A stretch of 64,000 nt of DNA from a bacterium (lineage in GTDB: Bacteria > UBA8248). The translations under genes were made by a program, and so were the position numbers. The stretch is from the NCBI GenBank assembly GCA_963692865.2, contig OY843592.1:2368001-2432000 (forward strand), read 5' to 3'. Each line of letters starts with the position of its first letter. Position 1 is the first letter of the stretch. The notes beneath the pieces were generated by a model. It searched no databases, was not told the origin of the DNA, and saw only the letters and a list, made by a program, of their open reading frames with translations. Positions 10,527 to 20,010 of the stretch are shown here, piece by piece.

Positions 10527-11774
10527 ATGTCGAATCCGGGCGTAGCCGTATTGGTGACGATGGACAGCAAGGGGCCTGAGGCGCGCTTTCTGGCGGATGC
10601 GCTGGAAGAGTGCGGCGTCCGGCCTCTTCTGGTCGACTTGTCCTGCAGGCCGCATGAGGCGGGCGGGGCGGACGTCGGTGGTGAGCAAGTGGCCGCCGCG
10701 GCGGGGCGGGACTGGGACGACCTGGGCCGGATGGAGAGAAACGCCGCCTCCGAAGTCATGATGGAAGGCGGCAGGCGGGTCGTGTCCGAAAAATTCCAAA
10801 ACGGCGAGATACACGGCGCGGTCGGTCTCGGCGGGGCGAACGGGACCTCGATGGCCTGCGCCATCATGCGCGCGCTGCCGCCCCTCGCGCCCAAGGTGAT
10901 GGTGAGCGTCGTCGCCGCCACGGCGGCCGTGCAGTGGTACGTGGCCGAGAGCGACATCATCATGTTCCCCTCCATCGGCGACATATCCCTGAACCGCATC
11001 ACGCGCGGCGTGCTGACGAACGCGGCTCTCGCTCTCGCGGGCATGGTGAAGCGAGAGAACACGGCGGAAATGAGCGATAGCTCCGCGCCGCCCCTCATCG
11101 GGGTGTCTTCTTTCGGCGGCACGGCGGCCTGCGTCGAGCGTGTGGAGAAGCGGCTCACCGAAGCTGGCTATGAGGTCATGTTCTTTCACGCATCGGGACC
11201 GGGTGGACGCGCGCTCGAGTCTTTGGCCGGGCTGGGCGAACTGGCAGGGGTGGTGGACGTCACCACCCACGAACTCACCGACCTGCTCGTGGACGGCGTG
11301 TACAGCGCGGGCGCGGGCAGGCTCGAGGCGGCGGGGGCCGCGGGCATTCCCCAGGTCGTCGTTCCGGGCGCGCTCGACCACGCGAATTTCTGGACGGGGC
11401 AGGCGCCCGAGAAATATCGGGGGAGAGCGTTTTTCCAGTACAACGCCCAGAACCTCCTCATGCGCACCAACAAGGAGGAGTTCGAAGCCCTGGGCGTCCT
11501 GATGGCGGAAAAACTCAACCGCGCCAAGGGGCCCCTCTCCGTTTTGATACCCGCGAGGGGCTACAGCGAACACACCAAACGCAAGGCGCACGATCTGGAA
11601 GGGCGCGAGGTAGGGGATTGGCGTCAGCCCGAGGTGGACGCCGCTTTTGAGGTCTCGCTCAGGGAGCACCTGACGGCGGGTGAGATCATCACGCTCGATA
11701 TGCACATCAACGACCCGGCCTTCGCCGATGCGTGCGCGGAGAAGATGATCGAGATGCTCGCGCGGGACGGATAG
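10527..11774 (+). CDS. Tm-1-like ATP-binding domain protein (UPF0261)
   Basis: TMDSKG.E, GLGGANGT, LP...PKVMVS, FHASG.GGRALE, DVTTHEL.D, PGALD..NF, HINDPAFA. Confidence 0.9.
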   Translation: MSNPGVAVLVTMDSKGPEARFLADALEECGVRPLLVDLSCRPHEAGGADVGGEQVAAAAGRDWDDLGRMERNAASEVMMEGGRRVVSEKFQNGEIHGAVGLGGANGTSMACAIMRALPPLAPKVMVSVVAATAAVQWYVAESDIIMFPSIGDISLNRITRGVLTNAALALAGMVKRENTAEMSDSSAPPLIGVSSFGGTAACVERVEKRLTEAGYEVMFFHASGPGGRALESLAGLGELAGVVDVTTHELTDLLVDGVYSAGAGRLEAAGAAGIPQVVVPGALDHANFWTGQAPEKYRGRAFFQYNAQNLLMRTNKEEFEALGVLMAEKLNRAKGPLSVLIPARGYSEHTKRKAHDLEGREVGDWRQPEVDAAFEVSLREHLTAGEIITLDMHINDPAFADACAEKMIEMLARDG

Positions 11775-11794
11775 AATCGGCTCGCCTCCATCGC

Positions 11795-12239
11795 GGGTTT
11801 GTTGAAAAAGTCTTCCTGGCAAGGGGGGGGCACGGCAAGGAGGGCAATCCCTCACGGCGTGCGTGGGCGCGATGGTTTTGTAGGGACAACCCTCCGTGGT
11901 TGTTCTTCGTCAGGACGGGCACGGAGGCCTGTCCCTACGGTGAACAATTCGATGCTCGGGATTCCTTCCCCTTTGAGGGGGTTGTTGAAAAACCTCGATG
12001 TGGGAGGGTATGCCGTCATTCCGGCGAAAGCCGGAATCCATTTTTACGCCTTTTGCCTTTCGTCCGGGTTCCCGCGCATCGGCGGGGAATGAAACGCCGC
12101 CGTGTATTCACCCGCACCCGCAAATGGATTCCGGCTTTCGCCGGAATGACGAACAAAAGCGAGGAGCAAAACCACATTCCCGCATTGGGCGACACTCTTT
12201 GCAACATTACTTTCCCCGGGAGGATTTTTCAACAGCTCC
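11795..12239. repeat. Composite intergenic repeat cassette A
   Basis: GTTGAAAAA motifs near 11795 and 11978, inverse TTTTTCAACA at 12225. GTAGGGAC...GTCCCTAC at 11880-11938. Inverted pair CGTCATTCCGGCGAAAGCCGGAATCCATTT at 12014-12043 and 12122-12151. Confidence 0.85.
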
Positions 12240-12329
12240 AAAGCAGGGGGTGTTTTGCCCTCAAATGTTTTAAGATGCGCCCGGATGTCTTCATTCTCTT
12301 CAAATCATCGACTTGGAAGGACGATTCAG

Positions 12330-14054
12330 ATGGCGGGAAACACCGCGGAGGAACGCCACGAGACCGACGTGTTGATCGTGGGCGGGGGCGCGGCCGGCAC
12401 GATGGCCGCCTTCGAATGCGCGCAGGCGGGCGTGCGCGTCATCCAGGCCACCAAGGGCAGGGCAACCAGCGGTACGACGACCGTGGCGCGGGGCGGGTTC
12501 GCCGCGGCGGTGGCGCCGGGCGACGGCCCCGAGCTTCATCTGCGGGAAATCCTGAAATACGGCGGCGAACTCATCGACCCCGAACTGGCGAGAACCTGGG
12601 TGTACGACATCATCGACGTCGTGCGCGACCTGCGCGAGTGGGGGGCGGAGTTCATCACGGACGAGGGCGGCGGCCTCGACCTCAAGATGTTCCCGAGCCA
12701 CACTTATCCGCGCGCCCTGCACCACCACGACACCACCGGCAACATGGTCACCAAGGTGCTCTCGAAGCGTCTTCGGGGCGACGCCCGCATCGGCCAGCAC
12801 CCCCATACGGCCATCGTGGACCTCATTACCGAAGAAGGCCGCGTCATCGGCGCGTGGGGGGTGGACTACTCGCGAGGGTGTCTGATGGTGTACGCCGCGC
12901 GCGAGGTGATTCTGGCCACGGGAGGCGGGAGCGGCCTTTTCTACGTGAACGACAACCCGCCGCAGGTGACGGGCGACGGCTACGTGCTGGGTTTCCGGGC
13001 GGGCGCCTCTCTCCTCGGGGTCGAGATGATCGACTTTCAGGCCATGTGCTGCGCGCCCGAGGAGCTTTTCGGCTTCGCTCCCCATCCGACGGGATTCATC
13101 AACGCGGGCGCCATATTCCTGAACCAGGAGGGGGAAGCGTTCCTGAAGCGTTATTTTCCCGACACGGCGGAAAAGAGCACGCGCAGCGAGGTCATCCTCG
13201 CCATGGCGAAGGAGATTCACGCAGGGCGGGCGGGCCTCACGGGCGGCATCTACATGGACGCGACGAAAGTTCCCATGGAGACGATCCAGAAACAGATTCC
13301 CCACGTGTACAAAACCTGCCTCTCGCGCGGCATCGACATCACCAAGACGCCGCTCGAGGTGGCGCCGGGCAGCCATACCTGGCTCGGCGGTCTCGAGATC
13401 GACACAGACGGCAGGACGCGCGTGCCGGGACTATGGGCCGCGGGCGAGACGGGGGGCGGCATCCACGGCGGAAACCGCATCGGCGGTTCCGCGCTTTCGG
13501 CCTCATTGGTCTACGGGAGGCGGGCCGGGAAGGCGGTTTCCGCGCAGGTGAAAGCGAGTGGGCGGGACGCGCCTGCGGTTTTTGGCGGCATTCCAGAGGC
13601 GGAGCGCGTCTGGCTGGAAGCGCTCATCGATCGTGCGGAGGGGCCGCTGCAGAAGGACGTGCGCATGCGCTGCCGGATGCTCGCGCACGAGAAACTCGGC
13701 CCCATACGCGACGCCGGGGGCTGCCGGTACGCGCTGGAAGAGTATGCGCGCATCGAGAACGAGGACATCCCCCGCATGCGGCTCGATGACGGCGCGCGCG
13801 CGTCGGCGAAAACGAAAGGCCAGGAACTCGAAAGCGCGCTCTCGGTCCGCAATCTGGCGCTTCTGGGGAAACTCCTCGCCACCGCCGCCCTGAACAGGAA
13901 TGAGAGCCGGGGGGCGCATTTCCGGCTGGATTATCCCGAGACGGACGAGGCGGACTGCAGTTTCGTGACGCGCCTTACGCGCGGAGAGGCAGGCGAAATT
14001 TTATTCGATAAGGACCCGCTCAAGACGTATACGCCCGCAGCGGCCCGGGAATAG
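12330..14054 (+). CDS. FAD-dependent oxidoreductase, SdhA/FrdA/NadB flavoprotein family
   Basis: GGGAAG, ILATGG, TGDG, HTWLGG, GLWAAGE, HGGNRIGG, ESRGAHFRLDYP. There is no covalent-FAD His and no adjacent sdhB. Confidence 0.85.
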   Translation: MAGNTAEERHETDVLIVGGGAAGTMAAFECAQAGVRVIQATKGRATSGTTTVARGGFAAAVAPGDGPELHLREILKYGGELIDPELARTWVYDIIDVVRDLREWGAEFITDEGGGLDLKMFPSHTYPRALHHHDTTGNMVTKVLSKRLRGDARIGQHPHTAIVDLITEEGRVIGAWGVDYSRGCLMVYAAREVILATGGGSGLFYVNDNPPQVTGDGYVLGFRAGASLLGVEMIDFQAMCCAPEELFGFAPHPTGFINAGAIFLNQEGEAFLKRYFPDTAEKSTRSEVILAMAKEIHAGRAGLTGGIYMDATKVPMETIQKQIPHVYKTCLSRGIDITKTPLEVAPGSHTWLGGLEIDTDGRTRVPGLWAAGETGGGIHGGNRIGGSALSASLVYGRRAGKAVSAQVKASGRDAPAVFGGIPEAERVWLEALIDRAEGPLQKDVRMRCRMLAHEKLGPIRDAGGCRYALEEYARIENEDIPRMRLDDGARASAKTKGQELESALSVRNLALLGKLLATAALNRNESRGAHFRLDYPETDEADCSFVTRLTRGEAGEILFDKDPLKTYTPAAARE

Positions 14055-14090
14055 AAAGCGGGTAGCAAACGGAAGGAAAGGAACCAGGAT

Positions 14091-14981
14091 ATGGCGCAGG
14101 CGAAAGTAGGCGTGGTCGGTTTGGGGAACATGGGGCGCGGCGTCGCCGGCAATCTGCACAAGGCGAAAATCCCCTTGATGGTCTGGGACGTGGCGCCCGA
14201 GGCGAGAGAGTCCTGGGAGAGAAAGCGGGGCGTGGAGGTGCTCGAACCGGGCGAAATGGCGGGGCAGGCGGGCATCATTTTCTTCGTGGTTCCGGGTTCG
14301 CCGGAAATCGAGGAGGCGCTCAAGGGGAGGAATGGGGTTCTGGCGAACGCGAGAAAGAATCTCGTGATCTACGACTTCACGAGTTCGGATCCCGCGGTGA
14401 GCCGAAAGATCGCCCGCCGCGCGAAGGCGAAGGGGGTGGCCTATCTCGACGCCGGCATGAGCGGAGGCGCTACGGGCGCCGCCGCGGGCACGCTGACGCT
14501 CATGATAGGCGGGGACGAGAAGGCCTTCCGCCGCACGAAGCGCTTCCTGGATCCCATCGCCGATGACCTCTTCCATCTCGGCGAGAGCGGCGCCGGCCAT
14601 GCGATGAAACTGATCCACAACATGGTCTGCCACTCCATCTTCATGGCGACGTGTGAGGGAGGAAAGCTCGCGGAGAAGGTGGGCCTCAAGGTCGAGGACA
14701 TGATCAACGTGTTCAACGTCTCGAACGCGCGGAGCTATGCGAGCCAGTTCCGTTTCCCCAAGCATATATTGTCGGAAAAATGGGACGGCAAATCGCGCGT
14801 ATACAACATGATCAAGGACGTCGGCATGGCCGTAGAGATGGGCAAGAAGCACAGGGCGCAGACGGCGCACGGGGAAGCCACGCTCGAGTTTCTGGAAAAG
14901 GCCGTCAAGCGCGGGATGATCGAAAAAGATTTCACGTTGTTGTATCGTGATTATGAGAAGATCGTGAAGACGCGCTTGTAG
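14091..14981 (+). CDS. NAD(P)-dependent oxidoreductase, 3-hydroxyisobutyrate dehydrogenase family
   Basis: GLGNMG, LDAGMSGG, GAGHAMKLIHN. Confidence 0.85.
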   Translation: MAQAKVGVVGLGNMGRGVAGNLHKAKIPLMVWDVAPEARESWERKRGVEVLEPGEMAGQAGIIFFVVPGSPEIEEALKGRNGVLANARKNLVIYDFTSSDPAVSRKIARRAKAKGVAYLDAGMSGGATGAAAGTLTLMIGGDEKAFRRTKRFLDPIADDLFHLGESGAGHAMKLIHNMVCHSIFMATCEGGKLAEKVGLKVEDMINVFNVSNARSYASQFRFPKHILSEKWDGKSRVYNMIKDVGMAVEMGKKHRAQTAHGEATLEFLEKAVKRGMIEKDFTLLYRDYEKIVKTRL

Positions 14982-15006
14982 ATTCGATTTCAACTGGAGT
15001 TCTCCG

Positions 15007-15621
15007 ATGAAACTGGTGGTGGGCGTAACGGGCGCTTCCGGTTCGATATACGGCGTGCGCTTGATGGAAGTGTTGCACGACGCGTATCCCGAAGTGGAGA
15101 CCCACTTGGTCGTCTCCAGGGCGGGCATCCGCGTCCTGACCTATGAGACGGAAGCGGACCTCGCAAAGCTCTCTTCGTGGGCGAGCGTCGTTCATCCCGA
15201 GAGCGATATCGGGGCGCGGCCCGCGAGCGGGAGCGCGGCCTTCGACGCGATGGTAATCGCGCCTTGCTCGCTCAAGACGCTCGGCCTGATAGCCACCGGC
15301 ACGGGAGACAACCTCATCTGCCGCGCGGCGGACGTGATGCTCAAGGAGCAGAAAAAACTCGTTCTCCTGCCGCGCGAGATGCCGCTTTCGGCGATTCACC
15401 TGGAAAACATGCACAAACTCGCCCTGATGGGCGTTTTCATCCTGCCTGCGTCGCCGGGGTTTTATTTCAAGCCGCAGACGATGGAGGATCTGATCGATCA
15501 TGTGGTGGGCAAGACGCTCACGTGCCTGGGGCTGGAGCAAAACCTTTTCGAGCGCTGGCGGGGCCAGCACCCGGAGCGCAGGAGCCTCGCGGCGCGAAAT
15601 GACGGGGAGACGAGCGAATGA
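15007..15621 (+). CDS. ubiX: Flavin prenyltransferase UbiX
   Basis: VVGVTGASG, ASGS, APCS.KTL, RAADV.LKE, PREMPL, PASPGFY..P. Confidence 0.93.
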   Translation: MKLVVGVTGASGSIYGVRLMEVLHDAYPEVETHLVVSRAGIRVLTYETEADLAKLSSWASVVHPESDIGARPASGSAAFDAMVIAPCSLKTLGLIATGTGDNLICRAADVMLKEQKKLVLLPREMPLSAIHLENMHKLALMGVFILPASPGFYFKPQTMEDLIDHVVGKTLTCLGLEQNLFERWRGQHPERRSLAARNDGETSE

Positions 15622-15812
15622 ACGAACGAGCAGAGATCGCCGCGCAACTGGTGCGGATGGGGCGGGAAGTCTTCGGTTTGGAAGACGAGGAGCGGGTTGC
15701 CGGGTTTGCCGATGAGGTGGCGGAGATGATGGAGACGCTGTCGTCCGCCTCGATCGAGAAAACCCAGGAGCCTTTCCCCCCTCTCTTCGATGCTTCCCGA
15801 GAAGAAAAATAA
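15618..15812 (+). CDS. Small acidic protein, possible GatC/AtzG-like amidase partner
   Basis: 64 aa, translationally coupled to ubiX (ATGA overlap), helical, with an EP motif near the C-terminus. It lies in the same operon as an amidase. Confidence 0.55.
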   Translation: MNERAEIAAQLVRMGREVFGLEDEERVAGFADEVAEMMETLSSASIEKTQEPFPPLFDASREEK

Positions 15813-15813
15813 A

Positions 15814-17313
15814 TTGCCGCTCGCAAGACTCGTACTGCCTTCGTTCTATCAGGACTCCGTGAAACTGATGCGCCTCGCGCGCGAGATCGGCAAGAAGAAG
15901 GGCGTCTCCGAGACGGCGGCGCTCATGGGCACGCCCGCGAACCGGGAGATCCTGCTTCAGGCGGGATTGGCCGAAGAAAACGAGGTCGAGGCCGGGCCGA
16001 ACGATCTGGTGCTGGCCGTGGAGGCGGATTCAGAGCAAACCGCGTGCGAAGCGATCGAGGAGGCGAAGGCCTTTCTCACGCAAGCGAGGGTCGCCGGCGG
16101 CGGGGCGAGTGATTTTTCGCCATCGAGCCTTGCGGGAGCGCTCGCCGCAGCGCCCGATACCAACCTCGCGATGATCTCCGTCCCCGGCGCCTACGCGGCG
16201 AAAGAGGCCATGGACGCCCTGCGGGACGGGCTTCACGTATTCCTGTTCAGCGATAACGTGGCCGTAGACGACGAGGCGGCGCTCAAGCGAGAGGCCATAG
16301 AGCGCGATTTGCTCCTGATGGGCCCCGACTGCGGAACGGCGTACATCGCGGGCGCCGGGCTCGGGTTCACCAACCTGGTGAAGCCGGGGAGGGTGGGCTG
16401 CATCGCCGCTTCGGGCACGGGTCTCCAGGCGGTGGCCGCACAACTTGATGCTCTGGGCGAGGGGATTTCGCATGGTATCGGCGTGGGCGGGCGCGATTTG
16501 TCCGCAGAAGTGGGCGGGCTGATGACGCTCCACGCGCTCGATTTCCTGTCTAATGATCCGGAAACGGAAATCGTGGTTCTCATATCCAAGCCGCCCGACG
16601 CTGAGGTGCTGCCTGGAATCGAAGAGGCGCTCGGAAACTTCTGTAAGCCGCACGTCGTGTGTTTTCTCGGCGCGGAAAATCCGGGATGGGCCGAGACGCT
16701 GGAAGATGCGGGCCACGCCGCGGCGGCGAGGCTAAAAGGCGAAACCTATCGCCCTGAAAATTTCTTCGCCCAGGCGGGACCGAGAGAGAAAATAGCCTCC
16801 CTGGAACTGAGCGGCGCGCTCGACGGCGCATGCGTTCTCGGGCTTTTCTCCGGCGGCACGCTCGCCCATGAGAGCCGCCTGATTCTCGAAAAATTGCTCG
16901 GCGAAGTTTCCTGGAACGAGGAGGCCGGCCGCCACCGGATTCTCGACCTCGGCGATGATCGTTACACGGTCGGCAAGCCTCATCCCATGATCGACCCCGA
17001 GTCCCGCGCGGAGATGCTCTCGCAGGCCGCGATGGATGGGAACTTGGGCGTCGTTTTGTTCGACGTGATATTAGGCAGGGGAAGTTCCCCGGACCCGGCG
17101 GGTCCTCTCGTGCGGGCCATAACAGAGGCGAAAGAGAAGGGGAGGAGTCCACACTTCATTGCCTCGGTCGTGGGTGCGGCGGACGATCCCCAGGGGCTGG
17201 AAGAGCAGGTGCGGATTCTGGAGGATGCCGGTGTGGTTGTTTGGCCCTCAAACGCGCAGGCGGCGCGCTTCGCTGCGGCGCTGGTGAAGCCGGAACTGCT
17301 TGAGGACGTGTGA
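15814..17313 (+). CDS. fdrA: Acyl-CoA synthetase FdrA-like protein
   Basis: YQDSVKLM, MGTPAN, ISVPGAYA, FSDNV, MGPDCGT, ASGTGLQ, GVGGRDLS, GLFSGGTL, DLGDDRYTVGKPHPMIDP. The start is TTG 15814 or ATG 15790. Confidence 0.9.
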   Translation: MPLARLVLPSFYQDSVKLMRLAREIGKKKGVSETAALMGTPANREILLQAGLAEENEVEAGPNDLVLAVEADSEQTACEAIEEAKAFLTQARVAGGGASDFSPSSLAGALAAAPDTNLAMISVPGAYAAKEAMDALRDGLHVFLFSDNVAVDDEAALKREAIERDLLLMGPDCGTAYIAGAGLGFTNLVKPGRVGCIAASGTGLQAVAAQLDALGEGISHGIGVGGRDLSAEVGGLMTLHALDFLSNDPETEIVVLISKPPDAEVLPGIEEALGNFCKPHVVCFLGAENPGWAETLEDAGHAAAARLKGETYRPENFFAQAGPREKIASLELSGALDGACVLGLFSGGTLAHESRLILEKLLGEVSWNEEAGRHRILDLGDDRYTVGKPHPMIDPESRAEMLSQAAMDGNLGVVLFDVILGRGSSPDPAGPLVRAITEAKEKGRSPHFIASVVGAADDPQGLEEQVRILEDAGVVVWPSNAQAARFAAALVKPELLEDV

Positions 17314-17316
17314 GCC

Positions 17317-17490
17317 ATGAAAGACTTGCGCCGGAAACCGCTTCGGGTCGTGAACCTGGGACTCGAGATATTCGCGGATGAGTTGAAAACCCAGAACGTG
17401 CCCGTGACGCACGTGCAATGGCGGCCGCCGGCGGGGGGAAAGCTTCATCTCCTCGAAATACTGGAGAAACTCGAAGAGCTCGATAGATGA
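17317..17490 (+). CDS. Stand-alone FdrA C-terminal domain protein (57 aa, absent from the ORF track)
   Basis: Translates as MKDLRRKPLRVVNLGLEIFADELKTQNVPVTHVQWRPPAGG... The VVN.GL..FA..L......V..V.W.PPAGG motif is the FdrA C-terminus. Confidence 0.85.
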   Translation: MKDLRRKPLRVVNLGLEIFADELKTQNVPVTHVQWRPPAGGKLHLLEILEKLEELDR

Positions 17491-17526
17491 ATCATGGCGA
17501 GCAATACATAAGCATGGGAGTGAAAA

Positions 17527-18891
17527 ATGAGTGAACCCTGGCGTTTGAGCCTTTCGGATGGATTGAGAAAAATCGATGAGGGCGGCTTGTCCGCGACTGA
17601 ATGGACGCGCTCCTTGCTGGAGCGGATAGACGCGCTGGAGGAAATACTTTTTGCGTGGGCGCACGTGGACGGGGAGGGCGCGCTCGCAAGCGCCAGAGCG
17701 GTCGATGAGCGCCTCGCTGAAGGAAATGAAAGTGGTTCACTCGGGGGCGTCTCCATCGGCTATAAGGACATCGTGGACGTCGCCGGTCTGCCGCGCGAGG
17801 CGAACTCTCCCCTGCTGAAAGGCGAGATGCCGGATGCGGACGCCACCGTCACGACGCGCCTCAAAAACGCGGGCGCGATTTGCCTCGGCAAGACGGTCAC
17901 CACGCAGTTCGCCACCTCCGATCCCTCGCAGACGCGAAATCCGTGGAACCTCAAACGAAGCCCCGGCGGTTCGAGCAGCGGCTCCGCGGCGGCCGTGGCC
18001 GTGGGTATGGTTCCGGCGGCGCTCGGAAGCCAGACGGGCGGCTCGACCCTGCGGCCTGCCGCGTTTTGCGGCGTGGTGGGCCTGAAACCCACCTATGGCC
18101 GGGTACCGAGAAGCGGGCTGATCTCGGTGTCGTGGAACCTGGACCATGTAGGCGTCATCACCAGGAATACCGAGGATGCGGCGCGCGTGCTCACGGCCGT
18201 CTCGGGTGCGGATGGAATCGACGCCCAGGCGCCCGACGTCGCCGTGCCCGATTACGCCGAGGCCTCAGCACCGTTGAGGCCGGAGCGGGCGTTCTTCTGG
18301 AAAGAGGATCTCCTCCCGCACGCGAGCGAAGAGGTGGCCGGGCGCATCGAGGGGTGCGTGGAGAGCCTGAGGGCCAAGGGCGTGGACGTTCAGGAAGCGA
18401 GGCTGCCCGTGGACGTGGACGAGATGCACGCGGCGCACCGCATCATCATGCGCGTGGAGGCGGCCGCCTACCACGAGGAGATGTTCCTGGAGAATCAGGA
18501 CGCCTATGCTCCCCATATCCGGAAAAACATCTCCACGGGCCTCATGACGCCGGCGGTTCACTACGTGAACGCCCTGCGATTCCGCGCGCGCTTCATTCAG
18601 CGGATGGAGGATTACTTCCGGGGCATCGACCTCGTCATCCTGCCCTCCCACGTGGAGCGTCCCCCCGTCGCCGAGGAATCCACCGGAAACGCCCTGTTCA
18701 ACGAACCCTTCACGCAAATCGGATTCCCAGCCATCTCTCTTCCGGTAGGCCGGGGGGATGAGAATCTGCCCATCGGGATTCAACTGGGCGGACGCCGCTT
18801 CGGGGAGGCCGCGCTTCTCTGCGCCGCCCGCTGGTGCGAGGCGGAACTGGGCTGGGTCGCGGAGTTTCCCGACGTCGTCAGGGGTTGCTGA
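17527..18891 (+). CDS. Amidase signature family protein
   Basis: Ser-cisSer-Lys triad in GYKD, PGGSSSGS and GSQTGGSTLRPAAFCG. Confidence 0.92.
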   Translation: MSEPWRLSLSDGLRKIDEGGLSATEWTRSLLERIDALEEILFAWAHVDGEGALASARAVDERLAEGNESGSLGGVSIGYKDIVDVAGLPREANSPLLKGEMPDADATVTTRLKNAGAICLGKTVTTQFATSDPSQTRNPWNLKRSPGGSSSGSAAAVAVGMVPAALGSQTGGSTLRPAAFCGVVGLKPTYGRVPRSGLISVSWNLDHVGVITRNTEDAARVLTAVSGADGIDAQAPDVAVPDYAEASAPLRPERAFFWKEDLLPHASEEVAGRIEGCVESLRAKGVDVQEARLPVDVDEMHAAHRIIMRVEAAAYHEEMFLENQDAYAPHIRKNISTGLMTPAVHYVNALRFRARFIQRMEDYFRGIDLVILPSHVERPPVAEESTGNALFNEPFTQIGFPAISLPVGRGDENLPIGIQLGGRRFGEAALLCAARWCEAELGWVAEFPDVVRGC

Positions 18892-19232
18892 AAAAGCCTC
18901 GCTTCGCTTGGGATTGACCTCCGCCTTTGCTCGTTATTCCGGCGAAAGCCGGAATCCATTTTGACTTTGCCTTTGGCCCTTCGCCCGGACGTCCTCGCTC
19001 CCGGTCGGAGAAGATACGGACGCCGCCATATAATCGACCTCATCCGTTTCGGACTCGGGAGTGGCGCGCCCTCCCGCGAGTCGGAATCAAACGCGAAAAC
19101 GAAAGCAAAAATCATAAAATGGATTCCGGCTTTCGCCGGAATGACGGTGGTTTTCCCGCATCGAGGGGGTTTTTCAACAACCTTGGGGAGGGAGCGTTCA
19201 CTACCCTTGACGGGACTTTTTCAACAACCCCT
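18880..19232. repeat. Composite intergenic repeat cassette B
   Basis: GGGGTTGCTGAAAAAG at 18881. Inverted ATTCCGGCGAAAGCCGGAATCC pair at about 18932-18961 and 19117-19146. TTTTTCAACAACC near 19170 and 19217. Confidence 0.85.
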
Positions 19233-19445
19233 CGTAAGGAGGGATTGGCGCCGTTCAAGGCATACGATCGCTTGGGTTTGATTTCTGAGCCGAGGCTGTG
19301 AGGTTTCTTGCTTTTTCCCCTGCGGTATGGTTTAAGATTTCGTCTTACGGGTATTTTAATTCAAGGGGTGATTGCGGGGACGAGAAGGCGGGACTATTCC
19401 ATTTATTATCCCTCCAACGCCTCTGCCGATGGTGAACCGGGTTTT

Positions 19446-19934
19446 ATGTTCAAAACGACGAAAATCGGGCACGTTGGATTCTGGACCAAAGACCTGGGCC
19501 GGATGGAGGATTTCTACACCCGCGTACTGGGCTTCAAGGTGACGAGCAGGAGCGGTCCGGGCGCGAAGGTGCCGGGTGGAGCTTCCGTCTTTTTGAGATG
19601 CGACGTCACCCATCATGAGGTCGTCTTCTTTCAGTCTCCGGAAGCTGCCTCGGGGCTGTATCCCGAATCAGGCAATTCCATGGCGGAGGCCAAGCCGGGG
19701 TTTCAGCACGTGGCTTTCGAGCTTCCGAACCGGGGAGAGTGGCTCAAGGCGCTTCGGCACGTGAAAGAGTGCGGCGTCAGGATCGAATACGGGCCCCTGG
19801 TTCACGGCCCGGAGGGAGACGGTTTCGAGGGGGGCAGCGGCAACCGCGCCTTTTATTTCTGCGACCCGGACGGCAACTACATCGAGCTTTATTGCGACAT
19901 CGACACGTTTCGTGAAGATGAGGAGAGTTCCTGA
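19446..19934 (+). CDS. VOC-family protein (extradiol dioxygenase C-domain-like)
   Basis: IGHVG, FY..VLGF, HHEV, QHVAFE, YFCDPDGNYIELY. Confidence 0.85.
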   Translation: MFKTTKIGHVGFWTKDLGRMEDFYTRVLGFKVTSRSGPGAKVPGGASVFLRCDVTHHEVVFFQSPEAASGLYPESGNSMAEAKPGFQHVAFELPNRGEWLKALRHVKECGVRIEYGPLVHGPEGDGFEGGSGNRAFYFCDPDGNYIELYCDIDTFREDEESS

Positions 19935-20010
19935 TTCTCGTGTTTCAGCAAGCGCTTCGGGAATCGTTTTATTTCGTGGCATCACACCATTCACCAAGGA
20001 GGAGAAACAG

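Noticed and set aside
11799-12273. Short ORFs containing VIPAKAGIH / WIPAFAGMT (also 18758-19301)
   Set aside because: They are translations of the palindromic repeat, not genes.
12330-14054. Assigning the gene symbol sdhA or nadB
   Set aside because: The covalent-FAD His, the canonical QFHPT motif and the partner genes are all missing.
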